Assembly (NCBI RefSeq): GCF_000698785.1
Contig: NZ_CP007536.1
Span: 930,001 to 962,000, forward strand
Source of the DNA: Nitrososphaera viennensis EN76
Lineage (GTDB): Archaea > Thermoproteota > Nitrososphaeria > Nitrososphaerales > Nitrososphaeraceae
Reading direction: 5' to 3'
DNA: 32,000 bases
Shown here piece after piece: positions 23,227 through 31,826 of the stretch. The notes under the pieces were generated by a model. The model saw only the letters and a list, made by a program, of their open reading frames with translations. It had not been told where the DNA came from and searched no databases. Numbering within the stretch: the first letter of the stretch is position 1; each line of letters begins with the position of its first letter. Both the position numbers and the translations under genes were made by a program.

Positions 23227-24489
23227 TCACGGGCTTGGCTTGTTCTTGGCGTCTTTGTACCTGAACTTGTCCAGTTTTACCAGCTGATGGTACGAGCCAA
23301 ACTGAGCCGAGTCTGCGCTGTCAAGTGCAGACTCGGTCTCGTCGCTTTCGTCACGAAAAGTCTTTAGCAGCTTGTACGTGGTCGAGCGCTGCGCCGGAAT
23401 CCTGCCCGACGAGCGTATCAGCTGCCTTATCTCTTTTGGCCTCATGAGCTGGCCGTGCTGCGCGCCTGCCGCAGTCGAGATGCTCTCGTTTATCAGCGTG
23501 CCCCCAAAGTCGTTTGCGCCGGCGGCAAGCAGGAGCTGCGACATCCTTGCGCCTTCCTTGACCCACGACACCTGGATGTTTGGTATGTGGTTGTTCAGCA
23601 TTATCCTTGCCACCGCGTGCATCTTGACTACTTCGTTTCCGTCCGCGCCGGCGCGTATCCCCGGAACCGTGTGGTGGCTGTACATCGGCGCCTCCGTGTG
23701 GACGAAACTGAGCGGGACAAACTCGGTAAAGCCGTGCGTCTCTTTCTGGATCTCGCGCAAGAGCGCGATGTGCTCTGCCTTGTGGCGCGACGTCTCGATG
23801 TGGCCGTACATTATGGTCGAAGTCGTCGCAATGCCAAGCGAGTGTGCCTGCTTGATTATCGACACCCACTCGTCGACCTTTATCCTGCCCGGCGATATCA
23901 CGTCGCGCAGCGGCTGGTCCAGGATTTCTGCCGCGGTGCCGGGAAGGCTGCCGACCCCGGCCTCCTTGAGCATCTTCAGGTAGTCATAGGTCTGCGTCCC
24001 GGACCTCACCGCGCCGTACAGCACCTCCTCTGGCGAAAAGGCGTGTATGTGCATGTCCGGCAGGTCCTTTTTCACGGCCCTGCATATGTCGATGTAGAGG
24101 TGGCCGTCCATCTTGGGCGGAAGCCCTGCCTGTATGCAGACCTCCGTTGCGCCAAGCGACGCCGCCTCCTTGGCGCGCCTCACTATCTCTTCGTTTGGGA
24201 GGAAGTAGCCTTCCTCCTCGCGGAAATCGCGTGAAAAGGCGCAAAAGCCGCACTGCTTGATGCAGACGTTTGTAAAGTTGATGTTGCGGTTGACGACGTA
24301 CGTGACGGTGTCGCCCACCGTCCGGCGCCGGAGCTCGTCTGCCACGGTGACAAGCAGGTTCATCTCAAGGCCCGTGCAGTCAAAAAGCGCGACTGCCTCG
24401 TCGACCGTGATGTCCTTGCCTGAAAGGGCGCGGTCAAGCGCAGAAGCCACCACGGGGTCGGCGTTTTTCAGGACAGAGTCAAGCGCCAC
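23227..24489 (-). CDS. cofH: FO synthase subunit 2 (7,8-didemethyl-8-hydroxy-5-deazariboflavin synthase, radical SAM)
   Basis: TYVVNRNINFTNVCIKQCGFCAFS contains the CofH-type CxxxCxxC radical-SAM motif. GTG start overlaps the cofG end by 11 nt. Confidence 0.9.
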   Translation of the reverse strand: MALDSVLKNADPVVASALDRALSGKDITVDEAVALFDCTGLEMNLLVTVADELRRRTVGDTVTYVVNRNINFTNVCIKQCGFCAFSRDFREEEGYFLPNEEIVRRAKEAASLGATEVCIQAGLPPKMDGHLYIDICRAVKKDLPDMHIHAFSPEEVLYGAVRSGTQTYDYLKMLKEAGVGSLPGTAAEILDQPLRDVISPGRIKVDEWVSIIKQAHSLGIATTSTIMYGHIETSRHKAEHIALLREIQKETHGFTEFVPLSFVHTEAPMYSHHTVPGIRAGADGNEVVKMHAVARIMLNNHIPNIQVSWVKEGARMSQLLLAAGANDFGGTLINESISTAAGAQHGQLMRPKEIRQLIRSSGRIPAQRSTTYKLLKTFRDESDETESALDSADSAQFGSYHQLVKLDKFRYKDAKNKPSP

Positions 24490-25654
24490 CTAGATACTCC
24501 TCCTTTACAAGGCCCGAGTGGTCAGAAAGCAAGCGCACATACTCTTCAAGGCGTTCCGATATAAATCCACCTTCAAGATATTCTGGATAAACAGGCAGCC
24601 GGGCGCGCAGATGCTTGCCCTTTTCCTCCGTGACCTGCTTCACTGACTCGATGGTAGGCCAGGGAAACTCGGGGTTGACGTGGTCGATTGTAACCGGAGA
24701 AATTCCGCCCCAGTCGTTGATGCCGGCATCGATGTAGCGGCCATAGATTGCAGGGTTCAGGTTTGGAGGCACCTGTATGTTCATTGCAGGCATCACGAGG
24801 CGCGAAACCGCGACTGCGCGCAAAAAGTACTCTTTTGGAGTCGATGCAAAGTTTGCCATCCCGGTGTCCGGCTTGGGCTCGAAATTCTGCAGTATCACTT
24901 CCTGGATGTGGCCGTGTTTTTCGTGCAGCTCCTTTATCACAAACAGCGAGTCGACAAGCTCCTCTGGCGTCTCGCCGATGCCGGCAAGTATTCCTGTCGT
25001 CATAGGTATCTTTAGCTCGCCGGCGCTTTCAAGCGTCTTTATCCTCACCTTTGGGTTCTTGCTCGGCGCGCCCTCGTGGGCCATACCCCTGCCCATCAGC
25101 CGCTCGCTTGACGTTTCAAGCATGACTCCCATGCTGACGTTGGTGTCGCGCAGCTGCGCCATCTCTTTTTTCGTCATGCTGCCGGCGTTGGTATGCGGCA
25201 GCAGGCCTGTTTTTGCAAGCACGAGCTCGCTCATCTCGCGGATGTAGTCGACGGTGGACGAGTGGCCAAGCGACGACAGCCACGACCTTGCCTCGCCGTA
25301 TTTCTGCTCGGGGCGCTCGCCCGTGACAAACAGCGCCTCCGTGCACCGGGCGCGCCTGCCAGCCTCTGCTATCGCAAGCACCTGGCCGGGGCCAAGCATC
25401 GAGAGCATCGGGTCGCCCGGCTCTTTTTTGTACGTGCAGTACGAGCACGTGTCGCGGCACAGATTAACAAGATTGATGAACACCTTTCTGGAATACGTCA
25501 CGATGCCGCCTGGCCTTGCCAGGTCGCGCACCCTGCCTGCGGCTGACACGAGCTCCTCTGTGGGGCATTCGGCCATCAGGCGCATGGCGTCGTGGCGTGT
25601 CAGGGCGCCGGGCCTTTCAACCGCTCTTGAAAGCGTTTCCGAGTCGGCCAGCAT
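24479..25654 (-). CDS. cofG: FO synthase subunit 1 (radical SAM)
   Basis: TYSRKVFINLVNLCRDTCSYCTYK is the CofG-type motif. It lies immediately upstream of cofH. Confidence 0.9.
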   Translation of the reverse strand: MLADSETLSRAVERPGALTRHDAMRLMAECPTEELVSAAGRVRDLARPGGIVTYSRKVFINLVNLCRDTCSYCTYKKEPGDPMLSMLGPGQVLAIAEAGRRARCTEALFVTGERPEQKYGEARSWLSSLGHSSTVDYIREMSELVLAKTGLLPHTNAGSMTKKEMAQLRDTNVSMGVMLETSSERLMGRGMAHEGAPSKNPKVRIKTLESAGELKIPMTTGILAGIGETPEELVDSLFVIKELHEKHGHIQEVILQNFEPKPDTGMANFASTPKEYFLRAVAVSRLVMPAMNIQVPPNLNPAIYGRYIDAGINDWGGISPVTIDHVNPEFPWPTIESVKQVTEEKGKHLRARLPVYPEYLEGGFISERLEEYVRLLSDHSGLVKEEYLGGA

Positions 25655-25708
25655 GTTTGTGATGTTGTATTTTATTGCCGGGTCGTCTAATAAACACAGT
25701 GTCCTTTT

Positions 25709-26929
25709 CTACGGCAGTTCCTGCGTTGACGGCCTTGGATCAAGGCGCACCTGTATGTGCTGCAGCTGGCCGTCGCGCAGCACGGTCACATCCATATTGT
25801 CGCCCACGGTCTTTTCCCTCTGCAGGTAGACGAGTATGTCGTCGACCTTCCTTATCTGGTGGCCGTCAAGCTCAAGCACAATGTCGCCGCCAAGAGGTAT
25901 GGTCTGGCCGTCCACCCGGGTCGGGGTGCTGCCGGCCTTGATGCCGGCCTTTTCGGCGGGGCTCCCGCCAATTACTTCAACCACAAGGACGCCGCGGGGC
26001 TCCTGGAGCTTGAGCGCGCTTGCCAGGCCAGGCGTCATGTCGGCCCCAGAGATCCCGACCCACGGGTGCTGGAACTTGCCTGTCTGTATCAGAGACGGCA
26101 CTATCTTGGATATGGTGTTTGACGGGACTGCAAAGCCGATGCCGGCAAACTCGCCGGTGGTCGAGCGGATGGCGGTATTGATGCCTATTACCTGGCTGCG
26201 CATGTTAAGCAGCGGGCCTCCCGAGTTGCCCGGGTTTATCGGCGCGTCGGTCTGTATGATGTCCGGGATGAAAAACGGGAGGGGGCCGGAATCCTGCGAG
26301 GGGATGAGGCGCCCGACACCGCTTACGATGCCGGCAGTCATCGAGCTTGAAAGCCCAAAGGGGTTCCCTATCGCCGCGACCTGCTCGCCCACGCGGATCT
26401 TGGTCGAGTCGGCAAGGGGCAGGGGCACGAGCTTTTCCTTTGGCGCGTCCTTGATGTAGAGCACAGCAAGGTCTGTGTACGGGTCTGAGCCAAGGATCGT
26501 CGCGCGGTATATCGTCCCGTCTGCAAACGTGACGTCAAGCTGGTTGGAGCCGGATGCGACGTGCAGGTTGGTGACGATGTGGCCGTTGTCGTCGTACACG
26601 AACCCCGAGCCGAGCTTGCCCTGCTCGGAGGCGTCGTTGCTTGCAGACACCTGCACCACGGACGGCCCTGCCTTGTCAAAAAGGTCTGGAAGCGTCAGTT
26701 CTGAATCCGCGGCCTCGACGGTGCTGACACGCCCCACTTCAAAGGCGCTGTTCTGGAGTCCTGCGCGCGGGTTGTCAGTATTGCTGCTGTCGCCGGCGTT
26801 GGTTATCAGCCTTGATATGTCAGGCAGCGGCCCCTTGGGCGCCCAGTCTAGGGAATTGAACTGCGAATAAGCGAAAAAGATAGCGACTGCAGCGACGGCG
26901 ACTGCCGCTGCAAGTAATCCCTTGTGCAA
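25709..26929 (-). CDS. htrA: HtrA/DegP-family serine protease with C-terminal PDZ domain, membrane-anchored
   Basis: Catalytic triad context is TNLHV (His), DLAVLY (Asp) and GNSGGPLL (Ser). PDZ-like region is GVLVVEVIGGSPAEKAGIKAG. N-terminal hydrophobic anchor is present. TTG start. Confidence 0.9.
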   Translation of the reverse strand: MHKGLLAAAVAVAAVAIFFAYSQFNSLDWAPKGPLPDISRLITNAGDSSNTDNPRAGLQNSAFEVGRVSTVEAADSELTLPDLFDKAGPSVVQVSASNDASEQGKLGSGFVYDDNGHIVTNLHVASGSNQLDVTFADGTIYRATILGSDPYTDLAVLYIKDAPKEKLVPLPLADSTKIRVGEQVAAIGNPFGLSSSMTAGIVSGVGRLIPSQDSGPLPFFIPDIIQTDAPINPGNSGGPLLNMRSQVIGINTAIRSTTGEFAGIGFAVPSNTISKIVPSLIQTGKFQHPWVGISGADMTPGLASALKLQEPRGVLVVEVIGGSPAEKAGIKAGSTPTRVDGQTIPLGGDIVLELDGHQIRKVDDILVYLQREKTVGDNMDVTVLRDGQLQHIQVRLDPRPSTQELP

Positions 26930-26954
26930 CCTGAAGAAAAAGGCCCCTTTTGCG

Positions 26955-26963
26955 CTAATAATC
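26955..26963 (-). promoter_or_regulatory. TATA-like box for htrA
   Basis: The minus strand reads 'gattattag' at -26 to -34 relative to TTG 26929. The adjacent minus-strand 'aaaaggggccttttt' hairpin plus T5 could terminate the upstream wHTH gene. Confidence 0.35.
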
Positions 26964-26974
26964 TTTTTCCCCGG

Positions 26975-27283
26975 TCACTTGCTCAGGTACGGCATTTCAA
27001 GGCCAGCCTGCGGCGGAATATCGAGAAAGTCCACTATCTTTGTGTAAAAGTAGAGGAACTCCCTGCCGCGCTCTGTAGTCCTGTACACCACACCCTCGTC
27101 GGTTGCATTCTGCACAAGCAGCCCGCGCTCGATGAGCTCTGACAGGTACATGTGCACCTGCTCGTAGCTCAGGTTGGCCCGGTACATGATATGGGTCTTG
27201 CGTATCCCGGACGTCGCAAGTCCGAGCACGTCGCCCATGATCTGTATCCTTCCCCTGTTGTTCTTGCGTTCTGGTATCGACAT
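26975..27283 (-). CDS. small winged-helix DNA-binding protein (archaeal HTH_45-like)
   Basis: RGRIQIMGDVLGLATSGIRKTHIMYRANLSYEQVHMYLSELIERGLLVQ...YRTTERGREFL has the typical small archaeal wHTH regulator architecture. Confidence 0.7.
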   Translation of the reverse strand: MSIPERKNNRGRIQIMGDVLGLATSGIRKTHIMYRANLSYEQVHMYLSELIERGLLVQNATDEGVVYRTTERGREFLYFYTKIVDFLDIPPQAGLEMPYLSK

Positions 27284-27370
27284 ATCTTTGTTCTGCCGTA
27301 CTGTATCATGGGGTCAATAAATTAGGGGAAGGGCGGAATTTGCAGTTGAAACGGCCGTTCCGGGCCTGTT

Positions 27371-28630
27371 TCAGTGCATAAAGTCCTGCTTTTCGCTCAC
27401 CGTGTACTGCCTGCCGCGCCAGCTGACCGCGCCCTTTTTGCGTGCGTCGACTATTGCCGACGCAAAGCCAAGGTAGATGAGGGCTCCGGACAGGGGCGAG
27501 CCAAGCGCATAGGCAGGGCTCTGCATGACGCCATGCTTGCTCTGGACGGCAGTAGTCGCAAGCAGCATCATGATTGTGGCGACGTGGACGCCAAGCAGGA
27601 TTGTCGCAGACAGCCCCGCAAGTCCGCCTGCAGCGGCAGCAAGCGCAAAGACCGGGACCGTGTAGGCAAGGAACAGGAACGGGGCGAACATTATGAAGAA
27701 CACCGCGGTCGCTATCAGGTGGGCGCCTGCGTGATCCTGGTGGTACAGCGGGATGACTAGCCGGCGCAGGCCGTGCCACAGAGTCGTAAAGTCCCGCGCC
27801 CATATCGCCTCGACGTGCTTTTCGCCCCTCACCATCTTCATGCGAAAGCCGGCGGCCTTGACCTTGCTCCCCAGCGCGCCGTCCTCCACCAGCTCCTGCC
27901 TGACTCCTTCGTGCGTGCCGACCGCCTCGTACGTCTTTTTGGTTATCACAAAGAAACTGCCAAAAAAGTAGCCGGTCTTTTGCTTCGGGTTGTTTACCCG
28001 CAGGGGCGAAAACCGGGTGTGCAGAAACGTGGAAAGCGCCGGGAGCGTCACCTTTGTCCAAAAGTCGTTGCAGAGAAGCCGGGGCATCGCGGTCAGCGCG
28101 TCGAGGCCCTCTGACAGCATGCGGCCCACGGCAAGCGACATGACATCCGGCTCGTGCTTGGTGTCGGCGTCCGTGAAAAACAGGTACTCGCCTGACGCCT
28201 TTTTGTAGCCCTGGTGGCAGGCCCAGTTCTTGCCGGCCCACCCCTCCGGCTTGGCAGGCGTGCTCACGTACACTATGCGGCTGTCCCTGGCGGCATAGGA
28301 CTGGATTATCTCGCCTGTCCTGTCGGTCGAGCTGTCGTTTATCGCTATTACCTCAAAGTTTGGATAGTCCTGCGCAAGGAGCGTGTCGAGGCAGGACGCG
28401 ATGTATTTTTCCTCGTTTCTTGCCGGCAGGATCACGCTCACCCGGGGCCTGCTGTTGCCGCCATCTGCAGGCGCAAGGTAATAATAATGATCCTCCATCC
28501 TCGGCGCAAGGCGGAACGACTTTGCCATGTATGTCAAAAAGTACACCCAGACGCCAAATATCCCGGCAAATATCGCGGCCAGCGCGAAATTGATGGCCGC
28601 TATTGCCGCGTCGAGGGCAGGATCCATCAT
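27371..28630 (-). CDS. integral-membrane family-2 glycosyltransferase
   Basis: The GT-A core is VSVILPARNEEKYIASCLDTLLAQDYPNFEVIAINDSSTDRT with the DxD-type FFTDADT. It is flanked by one N-terminal and several C-terminal TM segments. Confidence 0.85.
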   Translation of the reverse strand: MMDPALDAAIAAINFALAAIFAGIFGVWVYFLTYMAKSFRLAPRMEDHYYYLAPADGGNSRPRVSVILPARNEEKYIASCLDTLLAQDYPNFEVIAINDSSTDRTGEIIQSYAARDSRIVYVSTPAKPEGWAGKNWACHQGYKKASGEYLFFTDADTKHEPDVMSLAVGRMLSEGLDALTAMPRLLCNDFWTKVTLPALSTFLHTRFSPLRVNNPKQKTGYFFGSFFVITKKTYEAVGTHEGVRQELVEDGALGSKVKAAGFRMKMVRGEKHVEAIWARDFTTLWHGLRRLVIPLYHQDHAGAHLIATAVFFIMFAPFLFLAYTVPVFALAAAAGGLAGLSATILLGVHVATIMMLLATTAVQSKHGVMQSPAYALGSPLSGALIYLGFASAIVDARKKGAVSWRGRQYTVSEKQDFMH

Positions 28631-28658
28631 GTGATTTTTGTAAAAAGAGAGACGTTAT

Positions 28659-29078
28659 TTATTCGACTGCCCCGGCGATACGCTCCAGCGCCTGCTCGGT
28701 CCCCTCGCCGATGTGCTTTTTCACCATGCCGCCAAAGACTGACAGCAGGCCCGCAAGCTTGAAGTCCCATGCCACGTCGACCTTGGTCTTGCTGCCGCCA
28801 CCTGCAGGGCTCAGGGTCACGATCCTGCTCCCGGTTATCGGCCCTTCCGTGATCCTAGTCTCGATTGAAGTCATCGGGTTCAGGGTGACTGTCTGCATCG
28901 TCTTGGAGTCTTTAAAGGCGATCACCACTTCGCGCTGGATAACGTTGCCGTTCTTGCTGATGTTGCGGACCGACTTGGTGCCGTGCCAGTACTGCGCCTC
29001 GTTGTCGACGTCGGAGATGACACCCCACACCTTGTCAAGCGGCGCCCCGATTTCACGGCTTACGTTGATTGTTGGCAT
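28659..29078 (-). CDS. SRPBCC (START/polyketide-cyclase-like) family protein
   Basis: MPTINVSREIGAPLDKVWGVISDVDNEAQYW has the typical SRPBCC N-terminal beta-strand and helix pattern. 139 aa. Confidence 0.6.
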   Translation of the reverse strand: MPTINVSREIGAPLDKVWGVISDVDNEAQYWHGTKSVRNISKNGNVIQREVVIAFKDSKTMQTVTLNPMTSIETRITEGPITGSRIVTLSPAGGGSKTKVDVAWDFKLAGLLSVFGGMVKKHIGEGTEQALERIAGAVE

Positions 29079-29117
29079 ATTCTGTAATATGGGTATCAGG
29101 TTGCCGGGTATATTTGT

Positions 29118-29849
29118 CTAAAGCGCCTTTACCGTTGCAGTCTCGTGCGGCTTGGTCCTGTCCCACAGCACGCCAAGGACCGCTCCAAGGACCAGCCAGA
29201 ACATCGCCATCGTGGCGGCGCTTGCGATCCTAAAGCCGTTGACGAGATCCATAGGCGCAGCAACCTCGTCGGGGTTCGCCGGCAGCGCAAAAAACGCCGC
29301 TATCACCACTGCAGCGTACACGGCTGGAGCGACTGCCTTTCTTGCGCTTTTTGACGACGGCCCCATCTTTTTGTAAAGAAACGCAGAGCCGATTGCTGCA
29401 GCGCCGGAAATCGCCAGCATGGCAACGTAAAGGGTCATGCGCAGGTAGATGGTGTCAGGGTTGCCCACGGCCGGCGGGTTTGCAGGGTATTTTACCGCGA
29501 CTGCAAGGTATATCACGACCCACATTATCCCGGCAAGCAGGACGGCTTTTTTGATGTTGTTTTTACCCGGCAGGCTCTTTCGCGAGTAGGCAAACACGAC
29601 GCCCAAAAGGGCGCCGTACGAAAGCCCGAGGAGCGCGCCTGCGGCAACGCTCCCTTCCCTCTGCCACAGCCTGTACGCGTTCATGGCTACAGGATCGATC
29701 ATCTCTCCCTGTGCCATGGCGTTCTGGTTTTCAATGTCTATCGCCTTTTCGATGAAAGGCAGGACAACACCTTGGTTGACAAGCGCCAAAATACTCCCGG
29801 CAATGACGCCGGACAAAAGAGAAATTGCAATAAAAGTCAGGGTCTTCAT
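29118..29849 (-). CDS. cbtA: CbtA-like putative cobalt (metal) transporter membrane subunit
   Basis: Multi-TM protein with the conserved VKYPANPPAVGNPDTIYLR loop that I associate with CbtA. It lies 15 nt downstream of cbtB. Confidence 0.65.
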   Translation of the reverse strand: MKTLTFIAISLLSGVIAGSILALVNQGVVLPFIEKAIDIENQNAMAQGEMIDPVAMNAYRLWQREGSVAAGALLGLSYGALLGVVFAYSRKSLPGKNNIKKAVLLAGIMWVVIYLAVAVKYPANPPAVGNPDTIYLRMTLYVAMLAISGAAAIGSAFLYKKMGPSSKSARKAVAPAVYAAVVIAAFFALPANPDEVAAPMDLVNGFRIASAATMAMFWLVLGAVLGVLWDRTKPHETATVKAL

Positions 29850-29864
29850 CTTATTTCTCGGACC

Positions 29865-30098
29865 TTAGTGGCATGCGAATCCTGCGGCGTGCCTCATGTC
29901 GTGCGTGAATTCGTGCATCAGCAATTCGCCGTACGCCGGGTTTGCCGGATCGGCAGGATTGCCCTGCGCCAGCGCGAACAGCTGGCCCTGGTCAAAGCCC
30001 ACTGCAAAGATGCCGAATACAAGGACGCCAATCAGAATGCCAACAGCAATCTTGGGAACTCCTTCCGTTGCTCGTGCGATCTGGTTAGTAAATGACAT
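29865..30098 (-). CDS. cbtB: CbtB-like small metal-transporter subunit (77 aa)
   Basis: One TM (IAVGILIGVLVFGIFAV) and the C-terminal HEFTHDMRHAAGFACH, matching the CbtB HDxRHxxGFxCH terminus. ATG 30098 sits 24-32 nt from the TATA at 30122-30130. The track's 30353 start is a spurious extension. Confidence 0.7.
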   Translation of the reverse strand: MSFTNQIARATEGVPKIAVGILIGVLVFGIFAVGFDQGQLFALAQGNPADPANPAYGELLMHEFTHDMRHAAGFACH

Positions 30099-30121
30099 TC
30101 TATTTCGCATGCAATCTGGTG

Positions 30122-30130
30122 TTATATAAA
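30122..30130. promoter_or_regulatory. shared TATA box between divergent cbtB and the wHTH gene
   Basis: 'ttatataaa' is the only strong A/T box in the 44-nt divergent spacer. It is at -24 to -32 for cbtB ATG 30098. It would place a plus-strand transcription start near 30152-30157. Confidence 0.45.
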
Positions 30131-30142
30131 GAATGAGACAGT

Positions 30143-30856
30143 TTGTCCAACTGGACGGTTTATCCAACCCTTTGCGCGGCACGTAAATACTTGTTCGGGC
30201 AACCAAAGAGAGTGCACACTTTTGTAAGAGCGCTTGAAAAGGTGGCAAGCAGGTACGCCCCAAGCAGGCTCCTCTCCTTTGGAGAGGTGCACGTCTTTGT
30301 GGCCTTGCAGTTGATGAGCAGGCGCGGCCACGTGAGCAGGGACGCTCTTTCAAAAGAGCTTGCCCTTGGCGGGGGCGCGGTAAAGACCCTCGTCAAGCAC
30401 ATGAAGATGGCAGGCCTGATAGAGACCTCAAACGGCGGCACGAAAATGACCGCAAAGGGCAGGGGCATCTTTGAGGGCCTTGCATCGGCAATCCCGGCGG
30501 AAATGGACCTGCCGAGGCTGCAGGTTGCGCTGGGCAGGCACAACTATGCAGTTCTTTTGCGCGAGTTTGGCTTTGCGGTCAGGTCGGGGATCGAGCAGCG
30601 GGATGCTGCAATAAAGATGGGCGCAGCAGGCGCGACCACCCTTTTGTACCGGGACGGCAGGTTTGCCATGCCTGACAGCGGGCAGGACCCGCTGAAAAAA
30701 GAGCAGACGCTCAAAAAAGAGCTTGCCGACACGCTAAAGCCGCAGGAAGGCGACGTGGTGATAATCGGCAGCGCGGAAAAGGGCAAGGTGGCCGAGCTTG
30801 CCGCAAAAAGCGCGGCACTTGCCACCATAATGGCGCACGAAAAGCATGCCAGCTAG
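30143..30856 (+). CDS. winged-helix protein with uncharacterised C-terminal domain (putative regulator)
   Basis: The wHTH-like segment is HVSRDALSKELALGGGAVKTLVKHMKMAGLIETS. The start is uncertain. TTG 30143 is too close to the TATA. In-frame alternatives are TTG 30191, GTG 30212 and GTG 30242. Confidence 0.6.
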   Translation: MSNWTVYPTLCAARKYLFGQPKRVHTFVRALEKVASRYAPSRLLSFGEVHVFVALQLMSRRGHVSRDALSKELALGGGAVKTLVKHMKMAGLIETSNGGTKMTAKGRGIFEGLASAIPAEMDLPRLQVALGRHNYAVLLREFGFAVRSGIEQRDAAIKMGAAGATTLLYRDGRFAMPDSGQDPLKKEQTLKKELADTLKPQEGDVVIIGSAEKGKVAELAAKSAALATIMAHEKHAS

Positions 30857-30889
30857 CCAGCCGACTTCAGTCCTTGCGGTAGGCGTAGA

Positions 30890-30923
30890 CCTTGGCGCCA
30901 AGGGACCGTTGTCCTCTTTTCTT
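30890..30923 (+). terminator. palindrome plus T-rich tract after the wHTH gene
   Basis: The perfect 14-nt palindrome 'ccttggcgccaagg' (30890-30903) is followed by 'gtcctcttttctt'. It lies 34 nt after the TAG stop. Confidence 0.3.
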
Positions 30924-31018
30924 ACCAATCTTGCCATGCGCTTTCCATACCAAGTAGGCCAAATAAACCTGGTAGTAATTTACGACTTACCCAGTACTCT
31001 AGAACTAACTTCGGGCAA

Positions 31019-31027
31019 TTTAATATA
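31019..31027 (+). promoter_or_regulatory. TATA box for the 31055 small gene
   Basis: 'tttaatata' ends 28 nt upstream of ATG 31055. Confidence 0.4.
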
Positions 31028-31054
31028 GTAGAAGAATAGCAGAACGGCCTGCAT

Positions 31055-31240
31055 ATGGGATTTCTCAAAAAGCTAAAGGATGCGGCAGGGCAGGGCGTTG
31101 AAAAGGGCACAGAGCTTGGCAAGAAGGGAATCGAAAAAGGCGCGGAGGTAGGCACAAAGGCGTACGACGGCGCAAAAGAAGCGGCGCAGAAAGGCTACGA
31201 AAAGGCGCGGGAAGACAAGAAAAAAGAAGAGGAAAAGTAA
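31055..31240 (+). CDS. small hydrophilic Lys/Glu/Gly-rich protein (61 aa)
   Basis: ATG start with a well-placed TATA. MGFLKKLKDAAGQGVEKGTELGKKGIEKGAEVGTKAYDGAKEAAQKGYEKAREDKKKEEEK contains an internal (V/I)EKGxExG(K/T)K repeat. Confidence 0.55.
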   Translation: MGFLKKLKDAAGQGVEKGTELGKKGIEKGAEVGTKAYDGAKEAAQKGYEKAREDKKKEEEK

Positions 31241-31247
31241 GGACTAG

Positions 31248-31826
31248 TCAGTTCCCCAGCGTCCTCACCATGCCGACTATGCCGTAGAGCGGAGTCTCTC
31301 CAAAGTGGTTCAGGACGCTCGTGTCAATCGTGAATACGATCACCTGCTTTTGCAGGATCTTGATCGTGACTGGCGTTTCGACCGGCCCGTCCCTCGTGGT
31401 TATCGTGGCTTTGCCCTCAAGGGTGGTTGAGGAATCGTCTGAGAACCACTTGCTCACCTTGAAGTCGCTTATCGCGTGCCTGTGCATCGCGTTGCCGTCT
31501 GTCATGACCATCCTGACCGATGCCCTGAACGATACGTTCGGGTTTTCATTTCCGCCGTCAGGCTGGGTGACTATCATCCTCCACGGGCCATAGACCAGCC
31601 AGTGGGCGCCGTCTGCCCCGGTCTGCATGGTTGAAAACACGCCGCTTGCGACCATACGCTTGTTGTCCTTCATTGCCGCCGTGATGCGGTCAGACATGCC
31701 CAGGTTGTCGCCCTGAGCCTGCGCAACGTTGCCGGACAGGAGGGCTGAAAATGCCATCCCTGCCACCAGAATTGCGCTAAGGCCAAGTATTGCTGCTGCC
31801 TGCTGCTGTTGTTTGGCAGTTGTCAT
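31248..31826 (-). CDS. hypothetical secreted or membrane-anchored protein
   Basis: MTTAKQQQQAAAILGLSAILVAGMAFSALLSGNVAQAQG is a signal-peptide-like N-terminus with an AQA motif. I prefer ATG 31826 to the track's GTG 31877. Confidence 0.65.
   Translation of the reverse strand: MTTAKQQQQAAAILGLSAILVAGMAFSALLSGNVAQAQGDNLGMSDRITAAMKDNKRMVASGVFSTMQTGADGAHWLVYGPWRMIVTQPDGGNENPNVSFRASVRMVMTDGNAMHRHAISDFKVSKWFSDDSSTTLEGKATITTRDGPVETPVTIKILQKQVIVFTIDTSVLNHFGETPLYGIVGMVRTLGN

Noticed and set aside
22869-23367. Track ORFs 22869..23078 (+) and 23083..23367 (+).
   Set aside because: They cover the tRNA-Trp gene and the cofH 3' end. There is no promoter or motif support, and the tRNA fold explains the region better.
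30099-30142. A cobalamin riboswitch upstream of cbtB.
   Set aside because: Only about 44 nt of spacer exist, and the TATA box leaves essentially no leader. That is far too short for a B12 riboswitch.
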